Positions 1-11,363 of a stretch of DNA of 38,914 nucleotides are shown one piece after another (the stretch's first letter is position 1; every line of letters begins with the position of its first letter). The translations under genes and the position numbers were made by a program. A model generated the notes under the pieces. It saw only the letters and a list, made by a program, of their open reading frames with translations. It was not told where the DNA came from and did not search any database. Origin of the DNA: Verrucomicrobiota bacterium. GTDB lineage: Bacteria; Verrucomicrobiota; Kiritimatiellia; CAIQIC01; Lenti-01. The DNA is taken from assembly GCA_031262805.1 (NCBI GenBank), contig JAISGX010000099.1, positions 1 to 38,914 on the forward strand, given 5' to 3'.

Positions 1-215
1 GTTCGAAACGCCGCTCCCACCCCCCGATTCCCCGGATGCGACACCACAAAGGCCCCCGCCCCCCGTGCCAGTTCCGCCGTGCGGTCTGTGGAGCCGTCAT
101 CCACCACCAGCTTCACCACCTCATCCACATCGGGCAGCGAATCCGGCAACCGCTCCAACACATGGGCAATGGACGCCTCTTCATTCAACGCGGGAAGTTG
201 GATCACTAATTTCAT
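1..215 (-). CDS. Glycosyltransferase family 2 (DPM1-like), N-terminal part; runs off the window
   Basis: Not in the ORF track. Manual translation from ATG at 215: MKLVIQLPALNEEASIAHVLERLPDSLPDVDEVVKLVVDDGSTDRTAELARGAGAFVVSHPGNRGVGAAFR, with GT2 motifs PxxNEE, VDDGSTD and NxGxGAA. Confidence 0.9.
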   Translation of the reverse strand, partial: MKLVIQLPALNEEASIAHVLERLPDSLPDVDEVVKLVVDDGSTDRTAELARGAGAFVVSHPGNRGVGAAFR

Positions 216-450
216 GCGCACCTGTCCGAATGGGGTTCAGCCTTTTTCACTTGGGCATCATAACCGCCCCAACGCTCCCCGTGCAATCTTTATGGCACAA
301 CCGGATGATCCTTAAGGATAAACCCGCCGTCACTTTTTGAAATCTGGATTCAAGGAATGCGTCCAATCCTCCTCGATGTTCCGAGATTGGGGAGCATGTG
401 GGCCGAGATGCCAGCATAATGTAGAGCCATGGACTACGTTTTTTCAGGCG

Positions 451-990
451 TCAAAACGGTGGAATGGCTTCCCGGCGGCGGTGTTCTTCTGTTTTTTCAT
501 ATGCATCGCGGTATCGCCCAGCGGCGGGAGTTTCCAGCGTGAGGGAGGTGTGCAGGGGATTATTGAACCAAGCCGTCATGCCTTTGGTGTTGCGCCAGCT
601 TTTCGGCCGGACGAGCAGGTTTCGGGCACGTTCCAGCAGGTGGGCTTCCGAGGAATCCACTTGCTCCCAACGGCCGCGGCGGCCTTCGGCTTTCAGGATG
701 ACGGCGAGTTCGTCCTCCCCAATGGCTTGATGGCTCGCCTTGCTGTAGCGAATCACGGCGGCGCGGCCGCGAACAAAGGACAAGCGGAGGGTCCAACCGT
801 CGTAGGCATAGGTGCGGTCGGGAAGAGCGGGCAGGAGGGAATGGACGGAATCGTTGGTGGAGGAGGGTGGGCCGTAGCGGGCGTCGTTCTGCGCCACCGT
901 TTCATACAGCCGGGCAGGGGCGGAGCAGGCGGCGGCGAAGCAGAGCACGGCCCAAACGCGGAAAAGGCGGGTTTTCGATGGAAACGTCAT
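451..990 (-). CDS. Hypothetical secreted protein or lipoprotein
   Basis: ORF 451..1131; the internal ATG at 990 gives a signal peptide (MTFPSKTRLFRVWAVLCFAAAC, possible lipobox). Same strand as its neighbours. Confidence 0.65.
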   Translation of the reverse strand: MTFPSKTRLFRVWAVLCFAAACSAPARLYETVAQNDARYGPPSSTNDSVHSLLPALPDRTYAYDGWTLRLSFVRGRAAVIRYSKASHQAIGEDELAVILKAEGRRGRWEQVDSSEAHLLERARNLLVRPKSWRNTKGMTAWFNNPLHTSLTLETPAAGRYRDAYEKTEEHRRREAIPPF

Positions 991-1161
991 GCCCCGAGCT
1001 TTCCTTTGGCCACCCCTGGCCCCGACGGAGCAATCCGCATGAGCATCCACCCGTCTTGCGCACGGGAAGGTCCAATATGCCACGGCGATGTTCCAGAGCG
1101 CGGCGGCCGGAAAAAGAATTCGGTTGAGCATCGCGGCGCCTCCTGCCTGCCTTGAGGACGG

Positions 1162-2859
<1,698 letters not shown>

Positions 2860-2912
2860 CTATATCAAAGCACGAAGCGAACGGTTTTTCAAGCGGTGGG
2901 TTGGCGAAGGCG

Positions 2913-2950
2913 GAAACGAAAAACGCCCCGCCGGGAAGGACGGGGCGTTT
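2913..2950 (-). terminator. Rho-independent terminator after pfk
   Basis: Inverted repeat aaacgccccg/cggggcgttt (2921-2950) followed by a T-rich run on the minus strand, just downstream of the pfk stop. Confidence 0.75.
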
Positions 2951-2966
2951 GGAAGGCGGGTAGCCT

Positions 2967-4184
2967 TTATTTTTTGGCTTTCACGCGTTTGAAACGGCCG
3001 ATCTTCGGCAACTTGCCGACGATGGGCGCGGCATAGTTGAGGAAGGCCTTGGTGACATCGCAACCGTTCTTGGCAATGAAGTTGTCGGGCATGTGGCGCG
3101 TTTCCTTGGCGACGTTGCACAGGGGCACGCGCTCAAAATACACTTGGTATTTCGCGCCTTTTTTGCGGCGGATGGCGATGGAACCGTCGATGTCGGCGCC
3201 AACGGCGCATTTGACGGCTTCACGGCCCACGGCAAAGGCTTCCTTGGCGTCATTCTCGGAGACCACGCCCGGGAAGGAGCGCTGGAGATAGCCGAAGGTA
3301 TCGGCGCGCACGCGGGAAATATCGGTCTTCTGCTTGATCAGGCCGACGAGGAAATCGCCGAGGATGCCGGTGCCGGAGAGCTGCACATTGCCGTGGCTGT
3401 CCACTTCTTTGGTGTAGGCGGCGGCGATGGGCGTTCCGGCGGCATCCACGATGCCTTCGGAAACGGCGACGACGCAACGGCCATATTTCTTGTATTGCGC
3501 CTGCACCTGAGCGGCGAACTGCGTGACGTCAAAGGCCCGTTCGGGAAGGTAGATGAGGTGCGGACCTGCGCCGGGATAGGTTCGGGCCAGGGCGGAGGCG
3601 GCGGTCAGGAAGCCGGCGTGGCGGCCCATGATGACGTTGATTTTCACCCCGGGCAGGGCGGCGTTGTCCAAGTCGTCGCCCATGAAGGCCTGGGCCACGA
3701 ACTTGGCGCTACTGGCGAAACCGGGGGTGTGGTCATTTTCGCGAAGGTCGTTGTCCACGGTTTTGGGGATGTGGAAGCAGTGCAGTTCGTAATCGGCTTC
3801 TTTGGCTTCCTCGTTGATGATGTGGGCGGTTTCGGCGGAGTCGTTGCCGCCGATATAGAAGAAGTAGCGGACATTGTATTTCTGCAACTTTTCAAAAATC
3901 TTCTGGCAGTCTTCCTTGGTGGGCTTTTTCCGGACGGAGCCCAAGGCGGAGGAGGGAGTGGCGGCGACGGCTTTGAGGGTTTCGAGACTTTCGCGGCCCA
4001 GATCAATCAGATCCTCCCCCAGAATACCTTTAATGCCGTGCAGGGCGCCGAAGATCTTTTGGATTTGCTTGTGCTTGCGGGCTTCCATAACGGCGCCGAT
4101 CAGGCTTTGGTTGATCACCACCGTGGGACCGCCGCTCTGGGCGATGAGCATATTGCCGACGATTTTTTTGTACTTCTTAGCCAT
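2967..4184 (-). CDS. pfp: 6-phosphofructokinase, probably pyrophosphate-dependent
   Basis: Motifs QSGGP, GGNDS, PKTVDND, MGRHAG. Asp in GGxD plus Lys in PKTxDND is the established signature of PPi-dependent PFKs. Confidence 0.9.
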   Translation of the reverse strand: MAKKYKKIVGNMLIAQSGGPTVVINQSLIGAVMEARKHKQIQKIFGALHGIKGILGEDLIDLGRESLETLKAVAATPSSALGSVRKKPTKEDCQKIFEKLQKYNVRYFFYIGGNDSAETAHIINEEAKEADYELHCFHIPKTVDNDLRENDHTPGFASSAKFVAQAFMGDDLDNAALPGVKINVIMGRHAGFLTAASALARTYPGAGPHLIYLPERAFDVTQFAAQVQAQYKKYGRCVVAVSEGIVDAAGTPIAAAYTKEVDSHGNVQLSGTGILGDFLVGLIKQKTDISRVRADTFGYLQRSFPGVVSENDAKEAFAVGREAVKCAVGADIDGSIAIRRKKGAKYQVYFERVPLCNVAKETRHMPDNFIAKNGCDVTKAFLNYAAPIVGKLPKIGRFKRVKAKK

Positions 4185-4289
4185 AAAACGTTTTTCCTTT
4201 TCGTGGGGGGTTCATGCCACGGGGGCGAATAGAAGCAAAAATTCCGCAGTTTTTGCAAGTGGTTTGTGCACCGGGACGGATTTTCCGCT

Positions 4290-4970
4290 CTAGCGTTTCC
4301 GGTTCCAGGCGGCGGAGTGATATTTCTGGAGAAGGCTGGGTGGAACATCCGGGGCTGGCGCCTCCCGCCACCGGGAAATCCCCCATTCCTGGGCAATGGC
4401 TTCCGCCATGGCGGCTTCCGTTTCCTCTGCACCCGAGCGGATGCCGGGCGCCTGAAGGGATCCTTGGTATAGGGCCGCCGGGCCCATCCGACGCAACGCC
4501 CCACCTAGGATTTTACGACCGGCGGCCATCAGATCCATCGCCACCGGCCGGACAAAGCACTGCGAGGCGCCTTCCGGCCCGTTCGGGGCGAGCTGACCGG
4601 TGGGACCGTAGGCCTCGGTGGAAAGGCCGCACCGGCACAGGGCGCCCTGAACGGCGCCATGCAGTCGGGCATAGAGGGTTTTTGGGCGCCAGCCGCCTTC
4701 CAGCGGAATCACGCAGGAAAAGGTCATATCGGTTTCGTGAAGGACCACGCCGCCGCCGGTCGGCCGACGGACGGCCTGGGCATGCAACTCCGGCGGAAGG
4801 GTCCGAAGGACATCCGCCCAAGCCTGGGCATAGCCGAAGGTGGCGCCCCGCCCCCCCCACCGATAAAACCGCAGGCAAAAGGCGGCGGGCGCGGTGCGGG
4901 CCACGGCTTCATCCACCGCCATCTGGGTGAAGACATCCGCTTCTGGAAATGAAATCCGCCAACCGTCCAT
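4290..4970 (-). CDS. Lipoate-protein ligase A / octanoyltransferase (LplA/LipM family)
   Basis: Motifs MAVDEA, LRFYRW, VRRPTGGGVVLH, GRKILGGA. Start uncertain (4970 preferred over 5042). Confidence 0.85.
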   Translation of the reverse strand: MDGWRISFPEADVFTQMAVDEAVARTAPAAFCLRFYRWGGRGATFGYAQAWADVLRTLPPELHAQAVRRPTGGGVVLHETDMTFSCVIPLEGGWRPKTLYARLHGAVQGALCRCGLSTEAYGPTGQLAPNGPEGASQCFVRPVAMDLMAAGRKILGGALRRMGPAALYQGSLQAPGIRSGAEETEAAMAEAIAQEWGISRWREAPAPDVPPSLLQKYHSAAWNRKR

Positions 4971-5126
4971 GGCGGCAGACATAGCCCACACAGCGGAAAA
5001 AGTACAGGCGGAAACCGGAGTGGACCGGAAAAGACGGGTCAACTTTTTACTGGCGGAAAGTGTAGCGTTTCGTCATAGTTCAGCCCGTCTTACGGTGCAG
5101 GTTCCCCGTCTTCAAACGGAGCAAGG

Positions 5127-6032
5127 ATGGTTATGGTTAGGAAATGGATGCAGATTGCAGGAGCACTTCTGGCAGGTGTGGTGGCCACCTTGCTGGTTTC
5201 GTGCGCCCCAAAAACGGAGCAGGCGCAGGGAGATGCGGCCTCCTTGGTGAGGAATGCATGGATGGCGTACCGCTTGGGCGAGTATCAGAATGCCATCCAG
5301 GATTTCACGACCGTCCGAAGCATGACGGAAAAGGGATCGGACGAGTGGGCCATGGCAACCTACGGCCTGGGCATCACGTGGGACCTCCGGCGGCCCGGCG
5401 AAAATCCGCGCCTGGCCACCCAGCTCTATCATGAGGTGCTCAACGCCGCCGCCGACGCCCCCATTGCCCCCTGGGCGGAATTAGCCTTGGCCCGCCAGCT
5501 GCACCTGGTGCCGGTGGGGCAGGAGCCGGATTATGACGCGGTGAATGCCGCCTATCAAAAAATTGTCGATACCTATCCGGACCATTTGGCCGCGAAGGAG
5601 GCCTTTTTATACCTCGAAAGCATCCAACTGGCCAAACTGGAGCCGGTCTCCTCCAAGGCTTCGGCGGAACGCCTCTTGAACTTCATCCGGCAGGACCCAG
5701 GCAAAGCGGAATTCGTCGGCCCGGCCTATTCCCTACTGTCCGTCGCCTATGTCACGCTGGATGACCAAGAAAACCGCCTGCATGTGGAGCAGGAAGCCTT
5801 CGAGCACACGGAAACAGACCCCACCGACCCGTCGGTGGAATTTGCCTGGGCGTATTGGAACCTAGCGACGATTGCCGAATTCGAGGTGGGCGATTTCGAC
5901 CTGGCCCGTTCGTATTACACGGCCCTGATTAAGGAGTATCCCAACGACATCCGCGTCCATGGCAGCAAACAGGCGCTCAAACGCATGGACGCGCTGGAGG
6001 CCAGGCTGCTGGCGGAAGAGGAGGAACGGTAG
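5127..6032 (+). CDS. TPR-like lipoprotein, first gene of the sugar ABC operon
   Basis: Signal peptide with LVSC lipobox; helical TPR-like repeats (GEYQNAIQDF, GDFDLARSYY..LIKEYP); 2 bp before the next gene. Confidence 0.8.
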   Translation: MVMVRKWMQIAGALLAGVVATLLVSCAPKTEQAQGDAASLVRNAWMAYRLGEYQNAIQDFTTVRSMTEKGSDEWAMATYGLGITWDLRRPGENPRLATQLYHEVLNAAADAPIAPWAELALARQLHLVPVGQEPDYDAVNAAYQKIVDTYPDHLAAKEAFLYLESIQLAKLEPVSSKASAERLLNFIRQDPGKAEFVGPAYSLLSVAYVTLDDQENRLHVEQEAFEHTETDPTDPSVEFAWAYWNLATIAEFEVGDFDLARSYYTALIKEYPNDIRVHGSKQALKRMDALEARLLAEEEER

Positions 6033-6034
6033 CC

Positions 6035-7846
6035 ATGTCTGTCCCCAAAAAACTGTTTTCGTTCATCCAGACCTATTTTGCTCTGCTTGTTGTGGTGGCC
6101 GTGTATGTCTGGTCCGTGTTCGTCATCATTACCTACCGCGCCCAGGAAGCCCCGCCGGAGGCCATTGTCATCCGCCTGGGCCACTGGCAGCTGGAGGCCA
6201 GCGTGCGGGAAGCCGTGGATGAAATGGCGGAGAAATACCGTGCGATGCACCCCAACGTCATCATCATCCAGGACGCCATTCCGGAAAGCACCTACGGCCA
6301 GTGGGTCAGCACCCAGCTGATGGGCGGCACCGCCCCCGACCTCCTGCAGGTGGGCGCACAGCTTCCGGCTAACATCTGGCTGTCCTATTACAACCGCTAT
6401 TTCCAACCGCTGTCCCGCTATGTCTACAACCCGAACCCCTACAACGCAGGCACCGAGCTGGCCGACACGCCCCTACGCCAGACATACAAAGACGGCATGA
6501 AAACCGCCTATGTGCCGGAAATGCAGGAATATCTCTCCATTCCGCTGACCTTATTCGGCACGCGAATCCTCTACAACAAGACCTTGCTAAAGGAAATTAC
6601 CGGCCTGGAGGAAGCGCCGCTGAACTACCGCGACTTCCTGGCCGTCTGCGCCCAAATCGCCAGCACCACCAATCCCGTGGATGGCACCCCCTACATTCCC
6701 ATTGCCGGCTCGGCCTATCATTTCGGCTTCTGGGATTCCATGATGTTCGCGCCCGTCACCTACGGCGCCTTGCGCCGGGCGGATTTCAACCGCGACGGTT
6801 TTGTGGGCAACGATGAAACCTTCGTGGCCTTCAAAACCGGATTGCTGGATTTCCATTATCCCCCCGTGGCGGGCTGGCTCAAGATGATCCGCGAAGTGAC
6901 GGACCATTTCCAAACCGGCTATACCGGCCTAGGCCGCGATGAGGCCGTCTTCCTCTTCGCTCAGCAGCGCGCCGTCTTCATGACCACGGGCACGTGGGAT
7001 GCCGGTTCGCTCCTCGCCCAGGCCGAGGGCCAGTTTGAGGTGGGCATCATGGATTTCCCGCTACCGGCGAATGACGATCCGTATTACGGCGGCGTGGTGG
7101 AAGGCCGGATCTATGAAACCCCCGGCGTCGGCTTCCAGTTCGCCATCACCCGCGCCTCCAAGCACTTCGATGTGGCGTTGGATTTCCTCATGTTCCTCTC
7201 CTCCCAGAAGGGCAACGAGGAACTCAACGGCATCATCGGCTGGATTCCGGCCATCAAAGGCACGGAGATCATCCCCCTGCTGCAAGCCTTTGAGCCCCAT
7301 CTGGAAGGCGTCTACAACAACGTCAACTTCGCCCTCGGCGGCAACACCACCATCAAATGGGGCCAAGAGTTCGATTTGTACAAGGTCAACCAGCTTTCCT
7401 TTGAAGATCTGGCGGGGCGCTTCACCCGGTATTACCTCGAAAACGGCTTGAAGGACTTTCTGGAGCAGCAGCGCGACTGGCGCCGCGGCATGCAGCGCAA
7501 TGAGCAGTATCTCGCCGGCATCCGCGGCCGGGCCATCCTGGCGGATCTGGCGATGGAACAAGCCGGAACCCCGGAGGAACGCGCCGCCGCCGAGCTGGAT
7601 TCCGAATCCTCCTGGGTGCGCTACCGCGCCATCACCTCCGCCCGGCAAATCTGGGGGGAATTGAACCACGCCCGCCAGATGGACCTGGTGAATCAAACGG
7701 AGTTGCCCGAGGATTTCGTCGGTCCCTATGAATACTCCGAGCGCGTGATGGAGAAAATCCGCCGTCGCCTGCGCGAGCAGAAAGCGGCGGAGACCCGGCT
7801 GGCGAAGGAGCCGCCGGACGATCCTCCACCGGCCGAATCCCCTTGA
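6035..7846 (+). CDS. Carbohydrate ABC transporter substrate-binding protein (SBP family 1), membrane-anchored, with C-terminal extension
   Basis: Motifs HPNV.I, GGTAPDL, ILYNKTLLKE, F..GTW, ALDFLMFLSS; N-terminal TM segment; directly upstream of the permease. Confidence 0.88.
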   Translation: MSVPKKLFSFIQTYFALLVVVAVYVWSVFVIITYRAQEAPPEAIVIRLGHWQLEASVREAVDEMAEKYRAMHPNVIIIQDAIPESTYGQWVSTQLMGGTAPDLLQVGAQLPANIWLSYYNRYFQPLSRYVYNPNPYNAGTELADTPLRQTYKDGMKTAYVPEMQEYLSIPLTLFGTRILYNKTLLKEITGLEEAPLNYRDFLAVCAQIASTTNPVDGTPYIPIAGSAYHFGFWDSMMFAPVTYGALRRADFNRDGFVGNDETFVAFKTGLLDFHYPPVAGWLKMIREVTDHFQTGYTGLGRDEAVFLFAQQRAVFMTTGTWDAGSLLAQAEGQFEVGIMDFPLPANDDPYYGGVVEGRIYETPGVGFQFAITRASKHFDVALDFLMFLSSQKGNEELNGIIGWIPAIKGTEIIPLLQAFEPHLEGVYNNVNFALGGNTTIKWGQEFDLYKVNQLSFEDLAGRFTRYYLENGLKDFLEQQRDWRRGMQRNEQYLAGIRGRAILADLAMEQAGTPEERAAAELDSESSWVRYRAITSARQIWGELNHARQMDLVNQTELPEDFVGPYEYSERVMEKIRRRLREQKAAETRLAKEPPDDPPPAESP

Positions 7847-7892
7847 TCCCCGATGACCCAACCCCATCCACCTGTGAACTGAGCGGAGCGAT

Positions 7893-10769
7893 ATGCAACC
7901 GAAATCTGTACAACCGAACCAACTCAAGCACCATTGGGAAATTTATTTTTTCATCATTCCCACGCTGATCCTCATTGCCCTCTTCCAGTACTACCCCGCC
8001 AGCTCCGGAATCTTCCACTCCCTGTTCCGCTGGAACGGATCGGACATTTCCGAATTCGTCGGCTTCGCCAACTATGTGGACCTGCTCAAAACGATGGAAT
8101 TCTGGAATTCCTTCAAGCTGGCCTTCATTCTCGGCTTCTGGAACGTCATCAAGATGATTCCCGCTCTGCTGGTCGCCGTTTGCATTCACCGGTGCGTCTC
8201 CACCAAAATGCAGTTTTTCTACCGCACACTCTTCGTCGTGCCCATGGTGATCCCCGGCCTGATCACCGTGCTGATCTGGCGGTCCTTCTTCTTCGAGGCC
8301 ACCTCGGGATATTTGAACCAGTTTCTGGATTGGTCCGGCCTGATGACGGCCCTCCAGAATGCCGGCATGTTCGTGACCGCCAAGCTGGCGGATCCGGCCG
8401 ACGGCGGAGTCGCCATCGGTAGCCTTGCACGCTCCTTTTTCGAGACGTTCGACTGGATCACCGCCTTCAAGCCTGGAACCACCCCCGCCTGGCTCGGAGA
8501 TCCAAAGCTGATCATCATCGCCTGCGTGGTCTGGGGCTTCCCCTGGGTGGGTTCCTTCGCCGTGCTGACCCATCTGGCCAAACTGCAGAACATTTCCAAG
8601 GATGTCTATGAAGCCGCCGACATCGACGGAGCCACCTGGTGGTCCCGCTTCACCAAGATCGAACTGCCCCTGCTGATGGGCTCCATCTATCTTCTGCTGG
8701 TGTTTGCCATCATCGACACCATCAAAGACGCCGGCATGATCATGGCCCTCGCCGGCATCACCGGCGGTCCCGGCGGACGGGCCACCGTCCCCGCCCTCTT
8801 CATGTTGCGCAAGGCCTTCATGGACCAGCAGATGGGCTATGCCTGCGCCGTCGGCATCGTGTTGACCGTGGTGGTGCTGCTACTCCAGAAGATCAGCAAC
8901 ATGTTGCTGAACGCCGAACCCACCGACCGGCCCGGCAAGAGCGCTTGGTTCGGCATCCTTTCCTTCTATGCGTTCATCGAAGGCTATCTGTTCTTCCGGG
9001 GCTATCTCCTGCCGAAAACGGCCACCGTGGCCGTGCTGCTGCTCTTCGTGCTGCGCCTAGCCGTCCAGTTGGGCCTGTTGATCAGCGTGCCCGTGTTGCT
9101 GCGCAAATTCGGCAAGCCCTTCCGTCTCTTGGGCTACACCCTCGCCGTCCTGTGCATCCTCGCCCCCGTCGCGGGCCTGCCGAATCCCGCCGGCATCCAT
9201 TTCCTGTTCTTCGGCTTCGCCCTGCTACTGATGGCCACCGCCGAAATCTTCAAAATGGCCATCGGCGCCATCGGGCTCATCCTCGCCAGCTATGGCATCC
9301 GGACCGGTTCCATCGACATGATGGTGGCCGGCGGAGTCTTCATGGTGCTGGCCACCCCGTGGGACCGCCTGTTCACCCGGATGGACAAAGCCTATCTCGC
9401 CCGCTGTCTGGCCAATCCACAGGCCCCTCCCGGGCAGCATATCGGGTATTATCTCGCCATCGCCCTCTTCCTGTTCGTCTGCTTCCTTCTCTCCCGCACC
9501 AGCGGCGCCCGCTCAGGCATGGGGCCCTTGGCCCTTTCGGCCATCCAGGCCGCCGTCCTCTACGGGCTACATGTCCTCTCCACCCTGCCCTCCACCCGCC
9601 GCTGGATCACGCCGCTGGCCGTGGCCGCCGGCGCCTTCGCCGTGTGGGGCGTGGTCGGCGGGCAGCTTCCACGCGTGCTGCTCGGGCTCTTCGCCCTCGG
9701 TATGTTGTCCACCGCGCCCTTCCGGAGCCTGCTCCTGGCGGGCGGCGCCGCCCTCCTGCTCTCCAACCAGCTCCACGGAACCGGTGGATTCTGGCCCGGC
9801 CTGCTGCTCGTCTTGATCTTTTTCCCATGGAAGGCCCTGTACCTCAAAGCCATCCGCTTCAATCCAGCGGCATACCGCTCCAAGGGGGATTTGTATTCGG
9901 CGGAATCCTTCGCCCTCCGGCAACACGCCGGCTACCGCGCCGCCTCCCTGACGGGCGATTGGGGCCTCCGTTTCAGCAAGCACGCCTTCATCTGGTTCAT
10001 TCTGGCCTTCGCCTTCCTGCCGCTCTACCTCATGCTGATCGTGTCGCTCAAGGACAACAACCAGTTCTACCGCAACCCGACCACCCTCGCCGAGCCCTAC
10101 CACTGGGAAAACTGGAAAACCGCCTGGGAAATGGTCTCCCCCACCGTCGCCAACTCCATTTTCCTCTCCACCACCGCCACGTGCCTGATTGTGCTCTTCG
10201 GATTGGCCGGCGCCTATTTCTTTGCACGCCTGCGCGTGCCCGTTTCCTCCTTCCTGTGGAACGCCCTGCTCTTGCTGATGATGATGCCGATGATCGCCAA
10301 CCTCGTGCCCCTGTTCATCCTCCTGCGCGACATGAACCTGCTCAACACCCTGACCGCCCTGATCCTGGTGGGCGCCTCCGGCGGACAGGCCTTTGCCATC
10401 TTTGTCTTCCGAAACTTCATCTCGGACATTCCACAGGATTTGTTTGAAGCGGCGGAAATCGACGGCGCCAATCATTTCCAACAGCTCAAGCTGGTGGTCA
10501 TTCCGCTCTCCGGTCCCATCATGGGCACTGTGGCCGTCATGCAATTCCTCGGGCAGTGGAACGAATTTGTGCTGCCGCTGATTGTGATGCGCGAACAGGC
10601 CCGCTTGCCCGTAACCGTCCAGCTGATCCGTATGGCTGGTGAATACATCAAGCTGTGGGGTCCCCTCATGGCCGGATATGCCATCGCCTCCATCCCGGTC
10701 ATCATCCTGTTCACCTTCTCCATGAAGCTCTTCGTCCGCGGCCTCACCGAAGGCGCGGTGAAGGGTTGA
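7893..10769 (+). CDS. Fused carbohydrate ABC permease (MalF-like + MalG-like) with a large central hydrophobic insert
   Basis: Two EAA loops (YEAADIDGA, FEAAEIDGA); N-terminal FVGFANY motif; C-terminal WNEFVLPL...FVRGLTEGAVKG typical of MalG-type subunits. Confidence 0.9.
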   Translation: MQPKSVQPNQLKHHWEIYFFIIPTLILIALFQYYPASSGIFHSLFRWNGSDISEFVGFANYVDLLKTMEFWNSFKLAFILGFWNVIKMIPALLVAVCIHRCVSTKMQFFYRTLFVVPMVIPGLITVLIWRSFFFEATSGYLNQFLDWSGLMTALQNAGMFVTAKLADPADGGVAIGSLARSFFETFDWITAFKPGTTPAWLGDPKLIIIACVVWGFPWVGSFAVLTHLAKLQNISKDVYEAADIDGATWWSRFTKIELPLLMGSIYLLLVFAIIDTIKDAGMIMALAGITGGPGGRATVPALFMLRKAFMDQQMGYACAVGIVLTVVVLLLQKISNMLLNAEPTDRPGKSAWFGILSFYAFIEGYLFFRGYLLPKTATVAVLLLFVLRLAVQLGLLISVPVLLRKFGKPFRLLGYTLAVLCILAPVAGLPNPAGIHFLFFGFALLLMATAEIFKMAIGAIGLILASYGIRTGSIDMMVAGGVFMVLATPWDRLFTRMDKAYLARCLANPQAPPGQHIGYYLAIALFLFVCFLLSRTSGARSGMGPLALSAIQAAVLYGLHVLSTLPSTRRWITPLAVAAGAFAVWGVVGGQLPRVLLGLFALGMLSTAPFRSLLLAGGAALLLSNQLHGTGGFWPGLLLVLIFFPWKALYLKAIRFNPAAYRSKGDLYSAESFALRQHAGYRAASLTGDWGLRFSKHAFIWFILAFAFLPLYLMLIVSLKDNNQFYRNPTTLAEPYHWENWKTAWEMVSPTVANSIFLSTTATCLIVLFGLAGAYFFARLRVPVSSFLWNALLLLMMMPMIANLVPLFILLRDMNLLNTLTALILVGASGGQAFAIFVFRNFISDIPQDLFEAAEIDGANHFQQLKLVVIPLSGPIMGTVAVMQFLGQWNEFVLPLIVMREQARLPVTVQLIRMAGEYIKLWGPLMAGYAIASIPVIILFTFSMKLFVRGLTEGAVKG

Positions 10770-10795
10770 GAAAGCCCCGTCGGCCGGACGCCGCG

Positions 10796-10825
10796 TTGAC
10801 ACGCTTCTTTCCCGCGTGATAGGTT
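10796..10825 (+). promoter_or_regulatory. Putative sigma70 promoter
   Basis: TTGACA (10796-10801), 18-bp spacer, TAGGTT (10820-10825) with an extended TG; ATG 5 nt downstream. Confidence 0.5.
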
Positions 10826-10830
10826 GAGGC

Positions 10831-11355
10831 ATGCTCAGGCATACTTTCCAGCCATGGCGTTTCCGGAAGACAGGGTTTTTCTTCCATCGAAATGCGCTCC
10901 TGCTCTCGGGTTTGGCGGTCGCCTCCATCCTCTGCGCCCCCGCCGCCGCGCACTCTGAACCCTATGCCTATACCCCCCGCGCACACATTGAAACCGTCGA
11001 AAAAACATTCATCGTCGCCCGGAGCGCCGACATTCCCGGTGCAGGCGTCCGGTTTTTCCAGACCTCGGAACCCCTCAACATCGGCACCGAACGCTTTGAA
11101 ATCCGCTGGTATGCCAACCCGCCTGGAATTCCCCCCGGCGTGGTGGTGATGCTCGAAACCGTGGCCGAGCACCGGCCCTCCGTTAAAAACCACACCGTGC
11201 AGCTTCGCCAAAAATCAGAAGGGCACATCCAGTCGGTGTTCGAGCTCTCCCGGGAGGATATGGCACAAGCCGGGCGGGTCCGGCAATGGCGCGCACGCAT
11301 TATCTGGCGGGGACGCCTTTTGGCTAGCCAAGCTTCCGAAAATTGGGGATACTGA
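10831..11355 (+). CDS. Hypothetical secreted protein
   Basis: 174-aa ORF with a signal-peptide-like segment (LLLSGLAVASILCAPAAA), in an operon-like context. Confidence 0.7.
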   Translation: MLRHTFQPWRFRKTGFFFHRNALLLSGLAVASILCAPAAAHSEPYAYTPRAHIETVEKTFIVARSADIPGAGVRFFQTSEPLNIGTERFEIRWYANPPGIPPGVVVMLETVAEHRPSVKNHTVQLRQKSEGHIQSVFELSREDMAQAGRVRQWRARIIWRGRLLASQASENWGY

Positions 11356-11363
11356 GGAATTGT

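Noticed and set aside
337-1155. 272-aa plus-strand ORF
   Set aside because: Antisense shadow of the minus-strand secreted protein; no recognisable motifs.
3093-4232. 379-aa plus-strand ORF
   Set aside because: Antisense to pfk; a typical high-GC shadow frame.
8639-10928. 602-aa (+) and 453-aa (-) ORFs overlapping the permease
   Set aside because: Alternative-frame or antisense shadows with Arg/Pro/His-rich or Gly/Glu-rich composition and no motifs.
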